64,000 nt of DNA from an uncultured beta proteobacterium (GCA_963716855.1 CAVQUV010000015.1:11164-75163); one strand, 5' to 3'. Counted from the first letter of the stretch, positions 37,224 to 47,410 are shown. The notes: generated from the sequence alone by a model not told the origin. A program made the numbers and translations.

Positions 37224-40200
37224 TCAAGCTGCCGCCGGCGCGGGCTTCACCACCCGCTTGCCGAACCTGCGGTGCAGCAGGACGTAGAACACCGGCGTCA
37301 GGAAGAGGCCGAAGAACGTCACGCCGAGCATGCCCGAGAACACCGCGATCCCGATCGCGTGGCGCATCTCGGCTCCCGCGCCGGTCGAGAAGACGAGCGG
37401 CAGCACGCCCATGATGAACGCGAACGAGGTCATCAGGATCGGGCGGAGCCGCATGCGGCAGGCCTCGAGCGCGGCGCGCACCGGGTCGTGCGCCGGCTCC
37501 TTCATCTCCAGCTCGCGCGCGAACTCCACGATCAGGATCGCGTTCTTGCACGCGAGCCCCATCAGCACGAACAGCGCGATCTGCGTGAAGATGTTGTTGT
37601 CGCCGCCGGTGAAGTAGACGCCCGCGATCGCGAACAGCAGGCACATCGGCACGATCAGGATGATCGCGAGCGGCAGCTTCAGGCTCTCGTACTGCGCCGC
37701 CAGCACGAGGAACACGAGCAGCACGCACAGCGGGAAGACCAGCACCGCGGTGTTGCCGGCCAGGATCTCCTGGTAGGTGAGGTCGGTCCACTCGAACGTG
37801 ATCCCGCGCGGCAGGGTCTCCTTCGCGATGCGCTCGATCGCCGCCTGCGCCTGGCCCGAGCTGAAGCCCGGCGCCGCCCCGCCGTTCAGGTCCGCCGAGG
37901 GGAACGCGTTGTAGCGGATGGCGCGGTCGGGCCCGAAGCTCTGCTCGACGCGCAGGAGCGAGCCGAGCGGTACCAGCTCGCCCTTCGCGTTGCGCGTCTT
38001 GAGCTGCGCGATGTCCTCGGCGCGCGACCGGTAGGGCGCGTCGGCCTGCACCACCACCCGGTAGGTGCGCCCGAAGCGGTTGAAGTCGTTGACGTACAGC
38101 GACCCCAGGTTGATCTGCATGGTGTCGAACACGTCCGTGAGCGCGACGCCCATGCGCTTCGCCTTCGCCCGGTCGACGTCGGCGAAGAGCTGCGGCACGT
38201 TGATTTGGAAGCTCGAGAAGGCGGGCGCGAGCTCCGGCGTCTGGAACGTGCGCATCTGGATCGCCTTCATCGCGTCGTAGAGCGCCTGGTCGCCCAGCCC
38301 CGCCCGGTCCTCGACCTGCAGCTTGAAGCCGCCGATGGTGCCGAGACCGTTGACCGGCGGCGGCGGAAACACGGCGATGAATGCGTCCTGGATCCCGGCG
38401 AGCTGCTGGTTGACCGCCCCGGCGATCGCGCCGCCGGAGAGCTGCGGCGAGCGCCGGTTCTCGAACGCGTCCAGACCGAAGAACACGATCCCGGCGTTGG
38501 GCGCATTGGTGAAGCCGGCGATCGACAGGCCGGGGAACGCGACCGCATCCTTGATCCCGGGCGTCTTCATGGCGATGTCGGACATGCGCCGGAGCACCTC
38601 CTCGGTGCGGTCGAGCGAGGCGCCGTCGGGCAGCTGGGCGAAGCCGACGAGGTACTGCTTGTCCTGCCCGGGAACGAAGCCGTGCGGCACGGCCTTGAAG
38701 CCGACGTAGGTCACGCCGAGCAGCACCAGGTACACCCCGAACGCGAGCGCCTTGCGGTTCAGCACGCGCGCGACCGCGCTCTGGTACTTCGTCGCCGAGC
38801 GGTTGAAGAACCGGTTGAACCGCGTGAAGAACCACCCGAACGCCCGGTCCATCCAGAGCGTGAGCCGGTCCTTCGGCGCATCGTGCGAGCGCAGCAGCAG
38901 CGCCGCGAGCGCCGGCGACAGCGTGAGCGAGTTGAACGCCGAGATCACGGTCGAGATGGCGATGGTCAGGGAGAACTGGCGGTAGAACTGTCCGGTCAGG
39001 CCGCTCACGAACGCGATCGGGATGAAGACCGCGCACAGCGTGAGCGCGATGGCGACGATCGGCCCGCTGACCTCGCGCATCGCGCGGTAGGTCGCCTCCT
39101 TCGAGTCGAACCCGAGCTCGAGGTTGCGCTCGACGTTCTCCACCACCACGATCGCGTCGTCGACCACGATGCCGATCGCGAGCACCAGCCCGAACAGCGT
39201 CAGCGTGTTGATCGAGAAGCCGAACAGGAGCATGAACGCGAAGGTGCCGACGATCGACACCGGCACCGCCACCAGCGGGATGATCGAGGCGCGCCAGGTC
39301 TGCAGGAAGACGATCACCACCAGCACCACCAGCAGGATCGCCTCGAGCAGGGTCTCGATCACCGCCTCGATCGACTGCAGCACGAAGCGGGTCGGGTCGT
39401 AGACGATGTCGTAGTCGACCCCGGCGGGGAAGTCCTTCTTCATCTCCGCCATCGCGCGCCGCACCTGGTTCGACAGCGCGATGGCGTTCGACCCCGGCGC
39501 CTGGAAGATGCCGATCGCGACCGCCGGCTTGTTGTTGAGGAGCGAGCGCAGGGCGTACTCCCCGGCGCCCAGCTCGACGCGCGCGACGTCCTTGAGGCGC
39601 AGCACGCCGCCGTCGGGCGAGGTCGCGACGATGACGTTCGCGAACTCCTCCTCGGTCGCGAGGCGCCCCTGCGCGTTGACCGAGAGCTGGAATTCGGTGT
39701 GCCGCGTCGCCGGCGGCGCGCCGACGACGCCGGCCGCCACCTGCTTGTTCTGCTCGCGCAGCGCCTCGACCACGTCGGCGGCGGTCAGGTTGCGGCTCGC
39801 GAGCTTCTGCGGGTCGATCCAGACCCGCATCGCGTAGTCGCCCGCGCCGAACACCAGCACCTGCCCCATGCCCGGGATGCGCTGCAGGTTGTCCTTCACG
39901 TTGAGGACGGCGAAGTTGCGCAGATACAGCTCGTCGTAGCGCTCGTCGGGCGACAGGATGTGCACGACCATCGCGAAGTCGGGCGAGCTCTTCTGCGTCA
40001 CCACGCCGATCTGGCGCACCTCCTCGGGCAGGCGCGGCAGCGCACGCTGCACCCGGTTCTGCACCTGGGTCTCGGCGAGGTCCACGTCGGTGCCGATCTT
40101 GAAGGTCACGGTGAGCTGCAGCACGCCGTCGGTGGTGGCCTGCGACTCCATGTAGAGGAGGTTCTCGACGCCGTTGATCTGCTCCTCGAGCGGCGCGGCG

Positions 40201-40388
40201 ACGGTCTCGGCGATGACCTTGGGGTTCGCGCCCGGGTACACGGCGCGCACGACGACCGACGGCGGGACGACGTTCGGGTACTCCGAGACCGGCAGCACCC
40301 GGATCGAGATCAGGCCGGCGAGGAACACGATCATCGACAGCACGCCCGCGAAGATCGGGCGGTCGATGAAGAATTGCGAGAGGTTCAT
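37224..40388 (-). CDS. RND (HAE1) multidrug efflux permease, AcrB/MexB-like
   Basis: 1054 aa starting MNLSQFFIDRPIFAGVLS, with the 12-TM, two-large-loop architecture. Confidence 0.95.
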   Translation of the reverse strand: MNLSQFFIDRPIFAGVLSMIVFLAGLISIRVLPVSEYPNVVPPSVVVRAVYPGANPKVIAETVAAPLEEQINGVENLLYMESQATTDGVLQLTVTFKIGTDVDLAETQVQNRVQRALPRLPEEVRQIGVVTQKSSPDFAMVVHILSPDERYDELYLRNFAVLNVKDNLQRIPGMGQVLVFGAGDYAMRVWIDPQKLASRNLTAADVVEALREQNKQVAAGVVGAPPATRHTEFQLSVNAQGRLATEEEFANVIVATSPDGGVLRLKDVARVELGAGEYALRSLLNNKPAVAIGIFQAPGSNAIALSNQVRRAMAEMKKDFPAGVDYDIVYDPTRFVLQSIEAVIETLLEAILLVVLVVIVFLQTWRASIIPLVAVPVSIVGTFAFMLLFGFSINTLTLFGLVLAIGIVVDDAIVVVENVERNLELGFDSKEATYRAMREVSGPIVAIALTLCAVFIPIAFVSGLTGQFYRQFSLTIAISTVISAFNSLTLSPALAALLLRSHDAPKDRLTLWMDRAFGWFFTRFNRFFNRSATKYQSAVARVLNRKALAFGVYLVLLGVTYVGFKAVPHGFVPGQDKQYLVGFAQLPDGASLDRTEEVLRRMSDIAMKTPGIKDAVAFPGLSIAGFTNAPNAGIVFFGLDAFENRRSPQLSGGAIAGAVNQQLAGIQDAFIAVFPPPPVNGLGTIGGFKLQVEDRAGLGDQALYDAMKAIQMRTFQTPELAPAFSSFQINVPQLFADVDRAKAKRMGVALTDVFDTMQINLGSLYVNDFNRFGRTYRVVVQADAPYRSRAEDIAQLKTRNAKGELVPLGSLLRVEQSFGPDRAIRYNAFPSADLNGGAAPGFSSGQAQAAIERIAKETLPRGITFEWTDLTYQEILAGNTAVLVFPLCVLLVFLVLAAQYESLKLPLAIILIVPMCLLFAIAGVYFTGGDNNIFTQIALFVLMGLACKNAILIVEFARELEMKEPAHDPVRAALEACRMRLRPILMTSFAFIMGVLPLVFSTGAGAEMRHAIGIAVFSGMLGVTFFGLFLTPVFYVLLHRRFGKRVVKPAPAAA

Positions 40389-40392
40389 GGCG

Positions 40393-41583
40393 TCACGTCC
40401 GCTTGCTGGCCGCGCCGTTGCGGCCGTTCGGCGCCTCCGCTTCCATCGGCACGGTCTGCGGCGTCACCGGCGCGCCGGGGCGCACGCGCTGGAGCCCGTT
40501 CACGACGATCACCTCGCCCGGCTTCAGGCCCGACTCGATCACGCGCAGGCCGTCGGCCAGCCGGCCGATCCGCACCTCGCGGTAGACCGCCTTGTTCTCC
40601 GCGTCGACCACCAGCACGTAGCGCTTGCTCTGGTCGGTGCCGATGGCGCGGTCGGTGACGAGCACCGCCTTGCGCGGCTTCGCGGTGTCGCCGAGCTTCA
40701 CGCGTGCGAACAGCCCGGGCGTGAATCGCCCGCTCTTGTTGTCCACCGTCGCGCGCATCCGCACCGTGCCGCTCGTCGGGTCGACGCGGTTGTCGACGAA
40801 CTCGAGTGAGCCCGCGTGCGGGAAACCGTCCTCGTCGGCGAGGCCGACGGCCACCACCAGCGCCCCCGATCGCGCGCCGGCGATGTATTTCAGGTACGCG
40901 CCCTCGTCCGCCTGGAACGCGACGTAGACCGGGTTGATCGACACCACGGTGGTCAGCAGCGGCGAAGGCGGCATCTCGCCCTGCACCAGGTTGCCGATGG
41001 TGATCTCGGCCTTGCCGACGCGGCCTGCGATCGGCGAGGTGATGCGCGTGTACGAGAGGTTGAGGCGCGCGGTGACGAGAGCCGCCTCGTTCGCCTTGAG
41101 CTGCGATTCGAGCGTGCGCACCTTCGTGGCCGCGTCGTCGAACTCGCGCTTCGACGTGGCGCGGTCGGCCCACATCTGCTCGTTCCGCGCGAGCTCGGTG
41201 CGCGCGAGCTCGAGCTGCGAGCGGGTGCCCGCCACCTGGCTCTCCGCGGCGGCGATCTGCGCCTCGAACGGGCGCGGGTCGATCGTGAACAGCAGGTCGC
41301 CCTTCTTCACCTCGGCGCCGGGCTTGAAGTGCACCGACTGCAGGTAGCCGTTGATGCGCGCGCGCACCTCGACCTGCTCGATCGCCTCCACCCGCCCGGG
41401 GAACTCGTCGGACTCGATCACGTCCTTCTCGATCGCCGCGGCGACGCTCACCGGCGGCGCCGGCGGCGGGCCGGCCTGTGCCTTCGCGTCGCCGCGCCCG
41501 TCGCCGCACGCGGCGAGCGCGAGGGCCGCGGCGAGGGCCAGCGCGGTGGCGCGCAGCGCGGGATCGAAGGCGGGTGCGTTCAT
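40393..41583 (-). CDS. RND efflux periplasmic adaptor (MFP, AcrA/MexA-like)
   Basis: 396 aa with the lipoprotein signal LALAACG and coiled-coil/lipoyl/beta-barrel regions. 4-nt spacer to the permease gene. Confidence 0.9.
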   Translation of the reverse strand: MNAPAFDPALRATALALAAALALAACGDGRGDAKAQAGPPPAPPVSVAAAIEKDVIESDEFPGRVEAIEQVEVRARINGYLQSVHFKPGAEVKKGDLLFTIDPRPFEAQIAAAESQVAGTRSQLELARTELARNEQMWADRATSKREFDDAATKVRTLESQLKANEAALVTARLNLSYTRITSPIAGRVGKAEITIGNLVQGEMPPSPLLTTVVSINPVYVAFQADEGAYLKYIAGARSGALVVAVGLADEDGFPHAGSLEFVDNRVDPTSGTVRMRATVDNKSGRFTPGLFARVKLGDTAKPRKAVLVTDRAIGTDQSKRYVLVVDAENKAVYREVRIGRLADGLRVIESGLKPGEVIVVNGLQRVRPGAPVTPQTVPMEAEAPNGRNGAASKRT

Positions 41584-41839
41584 CGACGGTGTCCTTTCAG
41601 ATTGCCGGTGATTTTCGACGGCCGGCGTATGCAGATGACTGACGGATTCGCGAACCGGCCCACTTTAGCCGATTGATCCATCACGGAAAGACTAAGACTT
41701 CATTAATTGAGCCGTTCGCGCCGGTGAACAATCGGGCGCGCCGCGGATCGGATCGGCGCGGCCGATCCGCGGTGGCAGGCTTGAGCGAGCGTCGCATTCT
41801 CTCGGGCTCCAGGGTTGGCGGTACGCCTCTAGTCGTCGG

Positions 41840-42110
41840 GCAGGGCCCGGAATCGACAGGTCGTGCCGCCGGGACGGCGCGAAATCCCGACTGACCGAAG
41901 GGGATCAAGGTCCACGAGCCGGATTCCGTACGCCGCGCGGGTCGCTGGCGCAGCAGGTCGCAGCACTGGTCGAGCTCGACCTCGACCTCGCGGAGGCGCT
42001 TGCTGTCAGCCACGCGAGGATTCGCCTGCTGCCGCAATCGCTGCTCTTCTTCCACGAGCCGGCTGACGTGGCCAAGGATTGTTCTGTCCTGCCTTTGCGA
42101 ACTCCTTCTA
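41840..42110 (-). pseudogene. possible decayed DUF2630-like small gene
   Basis: The minus-strand frame reads QDRTILGHVSRLVEEEQRLRQQ...KRLREVEVELDQCCDLLRQR, resembling DUF2630 (LDQCWDLLRQRRA). AAGGAG lies 7 nt upstream of an AGG where a start codon is expected. There is no proper stop and the C-terminal part is scrambled between frames. Confidence 0.3.
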
Positions 42111-42201
42111 GCGATCCACCTCGCCGGGGAGCCGGATCGCTCCCCCGCGACGCATTGGCAGTTGCGCGGCTCGAGCTGTCGTGGTCGCCCGCGGAGCCCG
42201 G

Positions 42202-43134
42202 TTACGGCGCCGTCTCCACGGGATGGCCCGCGACGATCCACGCGTCGAGGCCGCCCAGGAGCGGGCGAGCCCGCGTATAGCCGCGGGCAAGAAGGAATTG
42301 CGCCGCTTTTGCGGCCGATGCCTCGTTCGGGCACGCGCAGTACAGGATGATGTGCCGGTCGCGGGGCTGCGCATCGATCTCGGCCTCGATTGCGTCCAGG
42401 GCAACACCGATCGCGCCGGGAATCTGCCGCCGGTCGATGCTCCGGGTGCTGCCCCCGCGCACATCGACGACCAGCGGCGCTTCGCCGGCCGCCATCAGCG
42501 CCTGCAGTTCGTCGACGGAGATGCGAGGGATGTCCAGCGTCCGGGCCATGCGGCGACGCCGCCACCGCCAGCCGACGTAGAGCGCGAGGGCCGCCGCCAG
42601 ACCGGCGAGGGTGTACCAGCCGAATTCCTCCAGCAGCCGCAGCGTCGACTCGATCTGCGCGTGCAGCAGCATACCGGTGCCGAGAAGGACGAGGCCGTAC
42701 ACCGCGGCCCCCGCAGCGGTGAGGACCAGGAATTTGCCCCAGCTCATCCCGAGCGCGCCCGCGAGCGGCGGCGCGACGAGCGAGACGCCAGGAAGGAACC
42801 GGCCCACGACGAGCGAGGACCAGCCCCAGCGCCCGAACGCGCTCTCGGTGCGCGCGACGCAGGTGTCGGCCGTAAGCGAAAAGCGGCACAGCAACTTCAA
42901 CACGCCCGCCCCGTACCGGCGTCCCGCGGCAAACCACGCGGCGTTGCCGATCAGCGTGGCGGCGACGATCGCGCCAAGAGACAACAGCGGATCGATCCCA
43001 CCCTTCGCCGCCTGCGCGCCGATCACGAGCGCAGTCGGCATCAACGGCACCGGCACGCCCAGCTCGTGGAGCAGCGTGTTCGCCGCGAGAATCCAGAAGG
43101 CGTCGCGATCGTCCAACGCGGCAACGTCAATCAT
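42202..43134 (-). CDS. DedA-family membrane domain fused to a C-terminal rhodanese-like domain
   Basis: The N-terminal ~190 aa are paralogous to 35092..35748 (GNAAWFAAGRRYG, GRFLPGV). The C-terminal ~100 aa read PLVVDVR...HIILYCACPNEASAAKAAQFLLARGY...LLGGLDAW. Confidence 0.8.
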   Translation of the reverse strand: MIDVAALDDRDAFWILAANTLLHELGVPVPLMPTALVIGAQAAKGGIDPLLSLGAIVAATLIGNAAWFAAGRRYGAGVLKLLCRFSLTADTCVARTESAFGRWGWSSLVVGRFLPGVSLVAPPLAGALGMSWGKFLVLTAAGAAVYGLVLLGTGMLLHAQIESTLRLLEEFGWYTLAGLAAALALYVGWRWRRRRMARTLDIPRISVDELQALMAAGEAPLVVDVRGGSTRSIDRRQIPGAIGVALDAIEAEIDAQPRDRHIILYCACPNEASAAKAAQFLLARGYTRARPLLGGLDAWIVAGHPVETAP

Positions 43135-43339
43135 GACCGTGCCCCTGCTTCAGGGGTACCTCCAAGGCGCGAAGTCGAGCAGCATCCCGAGCACGATGAA
43201 TCCTACCGCGAGCACGATGCCCGGCAGAAACCCCGCGCCGGCGCTCGCGAGAAGGATCTGCCGGGGCGCATCCCGGAACCCAGCGTGTTGGGCTTGATGT
43301 CGCTCGCGCTCGCCGGCCTGCTTGCCGCCCGCGCGCAGC

Positions 43340-44455
43340 TCAATAGAACGCGCCGCGCGCGCTGATCGGCCACACCGCCTCGACCCGCTCGCCGCGATAG
43401 CAGACGAGCCAGTCGTACAGGTTGACGGTCGGGTCGCAGTGGCCGGGAACGAGCCGGAGCTTCTCGCCCAGGCGCGGGGCGCGGGCGCCCGCCGCCACCT
43501 TCAGCACACCGTGTTCATCCGACGGCCGCACGTACTCCACGCCCGGAAACCCGACGACCTGCGGCATGCCGGAGTCGAAGCTGTGCGCCTTGAGCCCGGC
43601 GTCGAGCACGACGCGCTCGGCCGTCGGCGCGCTCATCGCGGTCGACCAGATGAACAGGCTCTGCTCGAAGCGCGGGAACCCGTCCCAGCTGTTGCGGTTG
43701 TAATCCGCGTCCATGAAAACGTACGAGCCCGGCTGCAGCTCGTCGTAGACGCCGCTCGCGCCTTCGTAGATGAACGTGCCGGTCCCGGCACCGGTGACGA
43801 TGTCGCACGCGAGGCCTTCGTCCTCGATCAGCCGGCGCGAGCGCCCCGCCTTCTCCACCGCCTGCGCGATCGCGGCCCGCCGCTCTTCGATGGTGCGCAG
43901 GTGCTGCGCAGCCCCTTGATAGGCCTGGAGGCCCGCGAGCCGCAGGTTGCTGGAGCCGCTCACGACCTGCGCGAGCCGCAGCGCCGGCGCGCCCGGCTCG
44001 ACGCCGCAGCGGTTCGCGCCGACGTTCACCTCGATGTAGACGTCGAGGCGGGCGCCGGCCGCGCGCGCCGCCGCGTCGAGGTCGGCGACGACCGCGGCGT
44101 CGTCGACGCACACGCCGATCCCCGCGGACTTGCCGAGCTGCGCGAGGCGCGCGAGCTTGCCGCGGCCGACGACCTCGTTCGCGATCAGCACGTCCTGCAC
44201 GCCGCCGGCGACCAGCGCCTCCGCCTCGGAAGTCTTCTGCACGCACACGCCGACCGCGCCGGCGGCGATCTGGCGCCGCGCGATCTCCGCGCACTTGTGC
44301 GACTTCGCGTGCGGCCGCAGGCGCACCCCGAGCGGGCGCACCGCGTCGGCCATGGTCTGCAGGTTGCGCTCGAACGCATCGAGGTCGAGCAGGAGCGCGG
44401 GCGTGTCGACGTCCGCGAGCGGTTGGCCGGGATGGGCGGGGGCAGGCAGGGGCAT
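43340..44455 (-). CDS. DSD1-family PLP enzyme (D-serine dehydratase / D-threonine aldolase-like, alanine-racemase N-domain)
   Basis: 371 aa with DTPALLLDLDAFERN, RPHAKSHKC (PLP lysine) and a C-terminal HCDPTVNLYD. Confidence 0.85.
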   Translation of the reverse strand: MPLPAPAHPGQPLADVDTPALLLDLDAFERNLQTMADAVRPLGVRLRPHAKSHKCAEIARRQIAAGAVGVCVQKTSEAEALVAGGVQDVLIANEVVGRGKLARLAQLGKSAGIGVCVDDAAVVADLDAAARAAGARLDVYIEVNVGANRCGVEPGAPALRLAQVVSGSSNLRLAGLQAYQGAAQHLRTIEERRAAIAQAVEKAGRSRRLIEDEGLACDIVTGAGTGTFIYEGASGVYDELQPGSYVFMDADYNRNSWDGFPRFEQSLFIWSTAMSAPTAERVVLDAGLKAHSFDSGMPQVVGFPGVEYVRPSDEHGVLKVAAGARAPRLGEKLRLVPGHCDPTVNLYDWLVCYRGERVEAVWPISARGAFY

Positions 44456-44500
44456 GGATGACCTTAGAATGGCCGGGAACGAGCGTTGGAGAAGCCGCAG

Positions 44501-45373
44501 ATGTTCCGACCAGACCTGCTGAAAGGCAAGCGCATCCTCGTGACCGGCGGCGGCACCGGCCTCGGGCGCGAGCTTGCCGAGCAGTACCTGAGCCTCGGCG
44601 CGGCGGTCTACATCTGCGGGCGGCGGAAGTCCGTGCTCGACGAGACCGCGGCCGCGCTCACGGCGAAGCTCGGCGGGACGGTGAAGACTCACGCGGTCGA
44701 CATTCGCGACGCGGCCGCAGTCGACGCGATGGCGCAGGCGATCTGGGACGACGGCGGTCCGCTCGACGCGCTCGTCAACAACGCCGCCGGCAATTTCATC
44801 AGCCGCACCGAGGACCTCTCGCCGCGCGGCTTCGACGCGATCGCCAACATCGTCCTGCACGGGACGTTCTACGTGACGCAGGCGGTCGGCAAGCGCTGGA
44901 TCGCGGGCGGGCAGCGCGGCAGCGTCGTCTCGATCCTGGTCACCTGGATCTGGACCGGCTCGCCGTACGTCGTGCCCTCCGCCATGTCCAAGGCGGGCCT
45001 CCACGTGATGACCCAGTCGCTGGCCGTCGAATGGGCCAAGCACGGGATCCGATTGAACGCGATCGCGCCCGGACCGTTCCCGACCGAGGGCATGGGCGCG
45101 CGCCTCAACCCGGGCCAGACCGTCGAGGAGCGCGGCGCGGCGAAGAATCCGATGGGCCGCATCGGCCGTATGGAGGAGATCCGGAACCTGGCGACGTTCC
45201 TGGTCGCCGACGGGTGCGAGTGGCTCACCGGCCAGACGATCGCGCTCGACGGCGCGGCCTATCTGGCGGGCTCGGGCGGGTTCTTCGACCTGCGCGAGTG
45301 GTCGGATGCCGACTGGCAGCGCGCCCGGGACATGATCAAGGCGCGCAACGAGCAGGACCGCGCACAGCGATGA
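44501..45373 (+). CDS. SDR-family oxidoreductase (2,4-dienoyl-CoA reductase-like)
   Basis: GGAGAAG lies 6 nt before ATG 44501. Contains VTGGGTGLG, NNAAGNF and SAMSKAG (YxxxK variant). Confidence 0.9.
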   Translation: MFRPDLLKGKRILVTGGGTGLGRELAEQYLSLGAAVYICGRRKSVLDETAAALTAKLGGTVKTHAVDIRDAAAVDAMAQAIWDDGGPLDALVNNAAGNFISRTEDLSPRGFDAIANIVLHGTFYVTQAVGKRWIAGGQRGSVVSILVTWIWTGSPYVVPSAMSKAGLHVMTQSLAVEWAKHGIRLNAIAPGPFPTEGMGARLNPGQTVEERGAAKNPMGRIGRMEEIRNLATFLVADGCEWLTGQTIALDGAAYLAGSGGFFDLREWSDADWQRARDMIKARNEQDRAQR

Positions 45374-46011
45374 GCGCCCGCCTCGTCGGGGCGGCGCTCG
45401 CCGCGCTCGCCGCGACCGCGGCCGCCGCTGCGGATCCGCCGGTGCGCGGCATCTACGCCGAGGGCAAGAGCGGTCTCGCGTGGATCGTGCCGTGCGGCTC
45501 GGGCAAGCGACTCGAGCTGATGGACTCGGACGCGGCGCGCGAGCTGCGCAAGCACTTCGCCACCCTCGCGGCGGGCCACGTGCGCAGCATGGTCGTCGAG
45601 GTCGCGGGCCGGCGCGAAGGCGACGCGTTCCGGGTGGACGCCGTGTCGCGCGTCCAGACCGGCGGCCTCGGCTGCTCCGAGGATCTGCGTCGCGTCGTCG
45701 CGAAGGCCGGCGGACACAATCCGTCGTGGTCGATGGTGTTCGACGACACGCGGCTCGCGTTCCAGCGCGTCGGCGACCGCGCGCCGGCGTCGTTCCCGCC
45801 CCTCGGCCTGCAGAAGCGCGGCGACGGCTTCGAGTTCAAGGGCGAGACGGACGCCGCGCGCATCCACCTCGTTCTGGTCAAGGCGCGCTGCGAGGATCCG
45901 CTCGCGAACGCCCTTCTCTCCTATCGGGCCGAGATCACCTTCGCCTGGCGCGCCGACGCGCAGCCGGGCGTCTATCGCGGCTGCGCCTACCTCGGCGACG
46001 CCGCGCGCTGA
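45370..46011 (+). CDS. hypothetical secreted protein (COG3650-like GHNPSW...C.D...GC pattern)
   Basis: ATGA overlap with the SDR stop. Signal peptide ending AAAAADP. 213 aa. Confidence 0.6.
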   Translation: MSARLVGAALAALAATAAAAADPPVRGIYAEGKSGLAWIVPCGSGKRLELMDSDAARELRKHFATLAAGHVRSMVVEVAGRREGDAFRVDAVSRVQTGGLGCSEDLRRVVAKAGGHNPSWSMVFDDTRLAFQRVGDRAPASFPPLGLQKRGDGFEFKGETDAARIHLVLVKARCEDPLANALLSYRAEITFAWRADAQPGVYRGCAYLGDAAR

Positions 46012-46188
46012 GCATTCCTTAGCGCCGCCGCGGGCGCGTCGCCTGCGCGTGACCGATTCGACAAATCGTCCGCCGGGCGTGCAACCAGGCCGCGATCACG
46101 GCCGTATCTGGCTGCAGATGGACGCGCGCTGCAATCGCGGTCCGTCAAAACCCGACCGAAAACTCATTGAACGTAAAGGAGACTGAAA

Positions 46189-46393
46189 ATGCTGAAGCGC
46201 ACTCTCGTCATCGCCGCCGCCGTCATCGCGGCGCAATCCGGCGTCGCCCTCGCGGACAACAACTGGACGTTCGACGACGCTTACTGGAAGAACCCGGCCC
46301 GTCAGCGGCATCGCGACGTCGATGCAGGCGAGCGACAACACGGTGAACATGCAGTTCGACAAGTACAAGCAGGTCGACGGCTACAACTACTAG
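46189..46393 (+). pseudogene. small (~67 aa) secreted protein, interrupted by one +1 frameshift near 46297 (true lesion or assembly error)
   Basis: TAAAGGAGA lies before the ATG. Signal peptide MLKRTLVIAAAVIAAQSGVALA. After WKNP the +1 frame reads PVSGIATSMQASDNTVNMQFDKYKQVDGYNY-stop (46393), whereas the original frame turns Arg-rich. Length is 205 nt = 3n+1. Confidence 0.5.
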
Positions 46394-46634
46394 GCAGGAC
46401 CCCGCGGCGCAACGCGCCTCGGGTCGCCGGAAGGCTGCGTGCAGCCGTCCGGCGTTCGCCATTGGCCGGTGTGAATTTCTCACTCCGCGCGTCCGGCTTT
46501 GTTCGCAGAGCCGGCCCGGCCCGCGCGCCTATTCTGTCCCTGCGCGTGACCGGCGGGCTTCGCGGCTCCGGGCACGCAGCAAAACTCAACCGGAGGCCGC
46601 GCCCGATAGTGCACGGCGATGAAGGAGATCGCGA

Positions 46635-46907
46635 ATGAACGTCCTCGAAGCACGCGAGCTCGAGCGCCTGGTGCAGGAGACGTTCCCTGCGAAGCGCCTT
46701 TTTTCGGCCGCATCCGAGCTCGGTCTGAAGGCGGGCCGCTCGGTCGTGGCCTTCGTCCACGGCGGCCCCGATCCGTTCCTCGACCGCCATTTCGACACCT
46801 GGCTGGAAGGCACGCCGACGTTCGTTGCCGTGTACCCCCTTCTCAATCGGCTCTGCCGCGCGGGTGCTATCGCCCCGGGCGACTACGCGATCACGGCACG
46901 CCCCTAG
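46635..46907 (+). CDS. hypothetical 90-aa protein
   Basis: GAAGGAGA lies 7 nt before the ATG. The composition is non-repetitive and not Arg-rich. I recognise no family. Confidence 0.5.
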   Translation: MNVLEARELERLVQETFPAKRLFSAASELGLKAGRSVVAFVHGGPDPFLDRHFDTWLEGTPTFVAVYPLLNRLCRAGAIAPGDYAITARP

Positions 46908-47410
46908 CGCGGACGCGCGAGGCGAGCAGCTGCCGGGCGCCAGGCCCGCAGCGGGTCGGATTCAGGCGTCCGCCGCGAGGACAGGCGCCACTCGCCCAGC
47001 ATGCCCTTGAGGGCGTACACGCCGCGATCCCCCGGGCTTGTCGCCCATCATTTCGACTCGCCCGCGTGCAGGCCGGAGCGGACGCCGGTTCCGAGCGCCG
47101 CGACATCCCGGTTGATCGCGTGCGCGCAGCGCACCGCACGGGCGGGTCCGTCGAACATCGCCGGGAACCCGTCGCCCGCCGTCTCGGTCTCGCGCGTCGC
47201 CCGAGCACACATTCGCGTGCGCGGCCGCGCCTCGTCCGGAGGCCTAGGCCGTTTGGCGCGGCCGGCCCGTTCCGCTCGACCGCCCGTGTGCATGGTTCAC
47301 AGGATTCGACCGTCGCCGTTCACGGATTCTCCCCGCGGAAAGCGCGACGATGTGCTCCATCAGCGCTTCACTGGAAACGGTTCCGGACTGAAGGACCGCT
47401 GAGATCCACC
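46891..47410 (-). pseudogene. decayed class III adenylate/guanylate cyclase catalytic-domain remnant
   Basis: Pieces lie in three frames: ISAVLQSGTVSSEALMEH; TAGDGFPAMFDGPARAVRCAHAINRDVAALGTGVRSGLHAGE; VEMMGDKPGG; VYALKGMLGEWRLSS. Stops and deletion-type shifts separate them, and the segment between GDxxGG and LKG is missing. Confidence 0.55.

Noticed and set aside
43150-43275. Hydrophobic minus-strand peptide (ILLASAGAGFLPGIVLAVGFIVLGMLLDFAPWRYP-stop) just upstream of the DedA-rhodanese gene.
   Set aside because: There is no ATG, GTG or TTG start in frame within reach, and no SD. It may be a remnant or chance.
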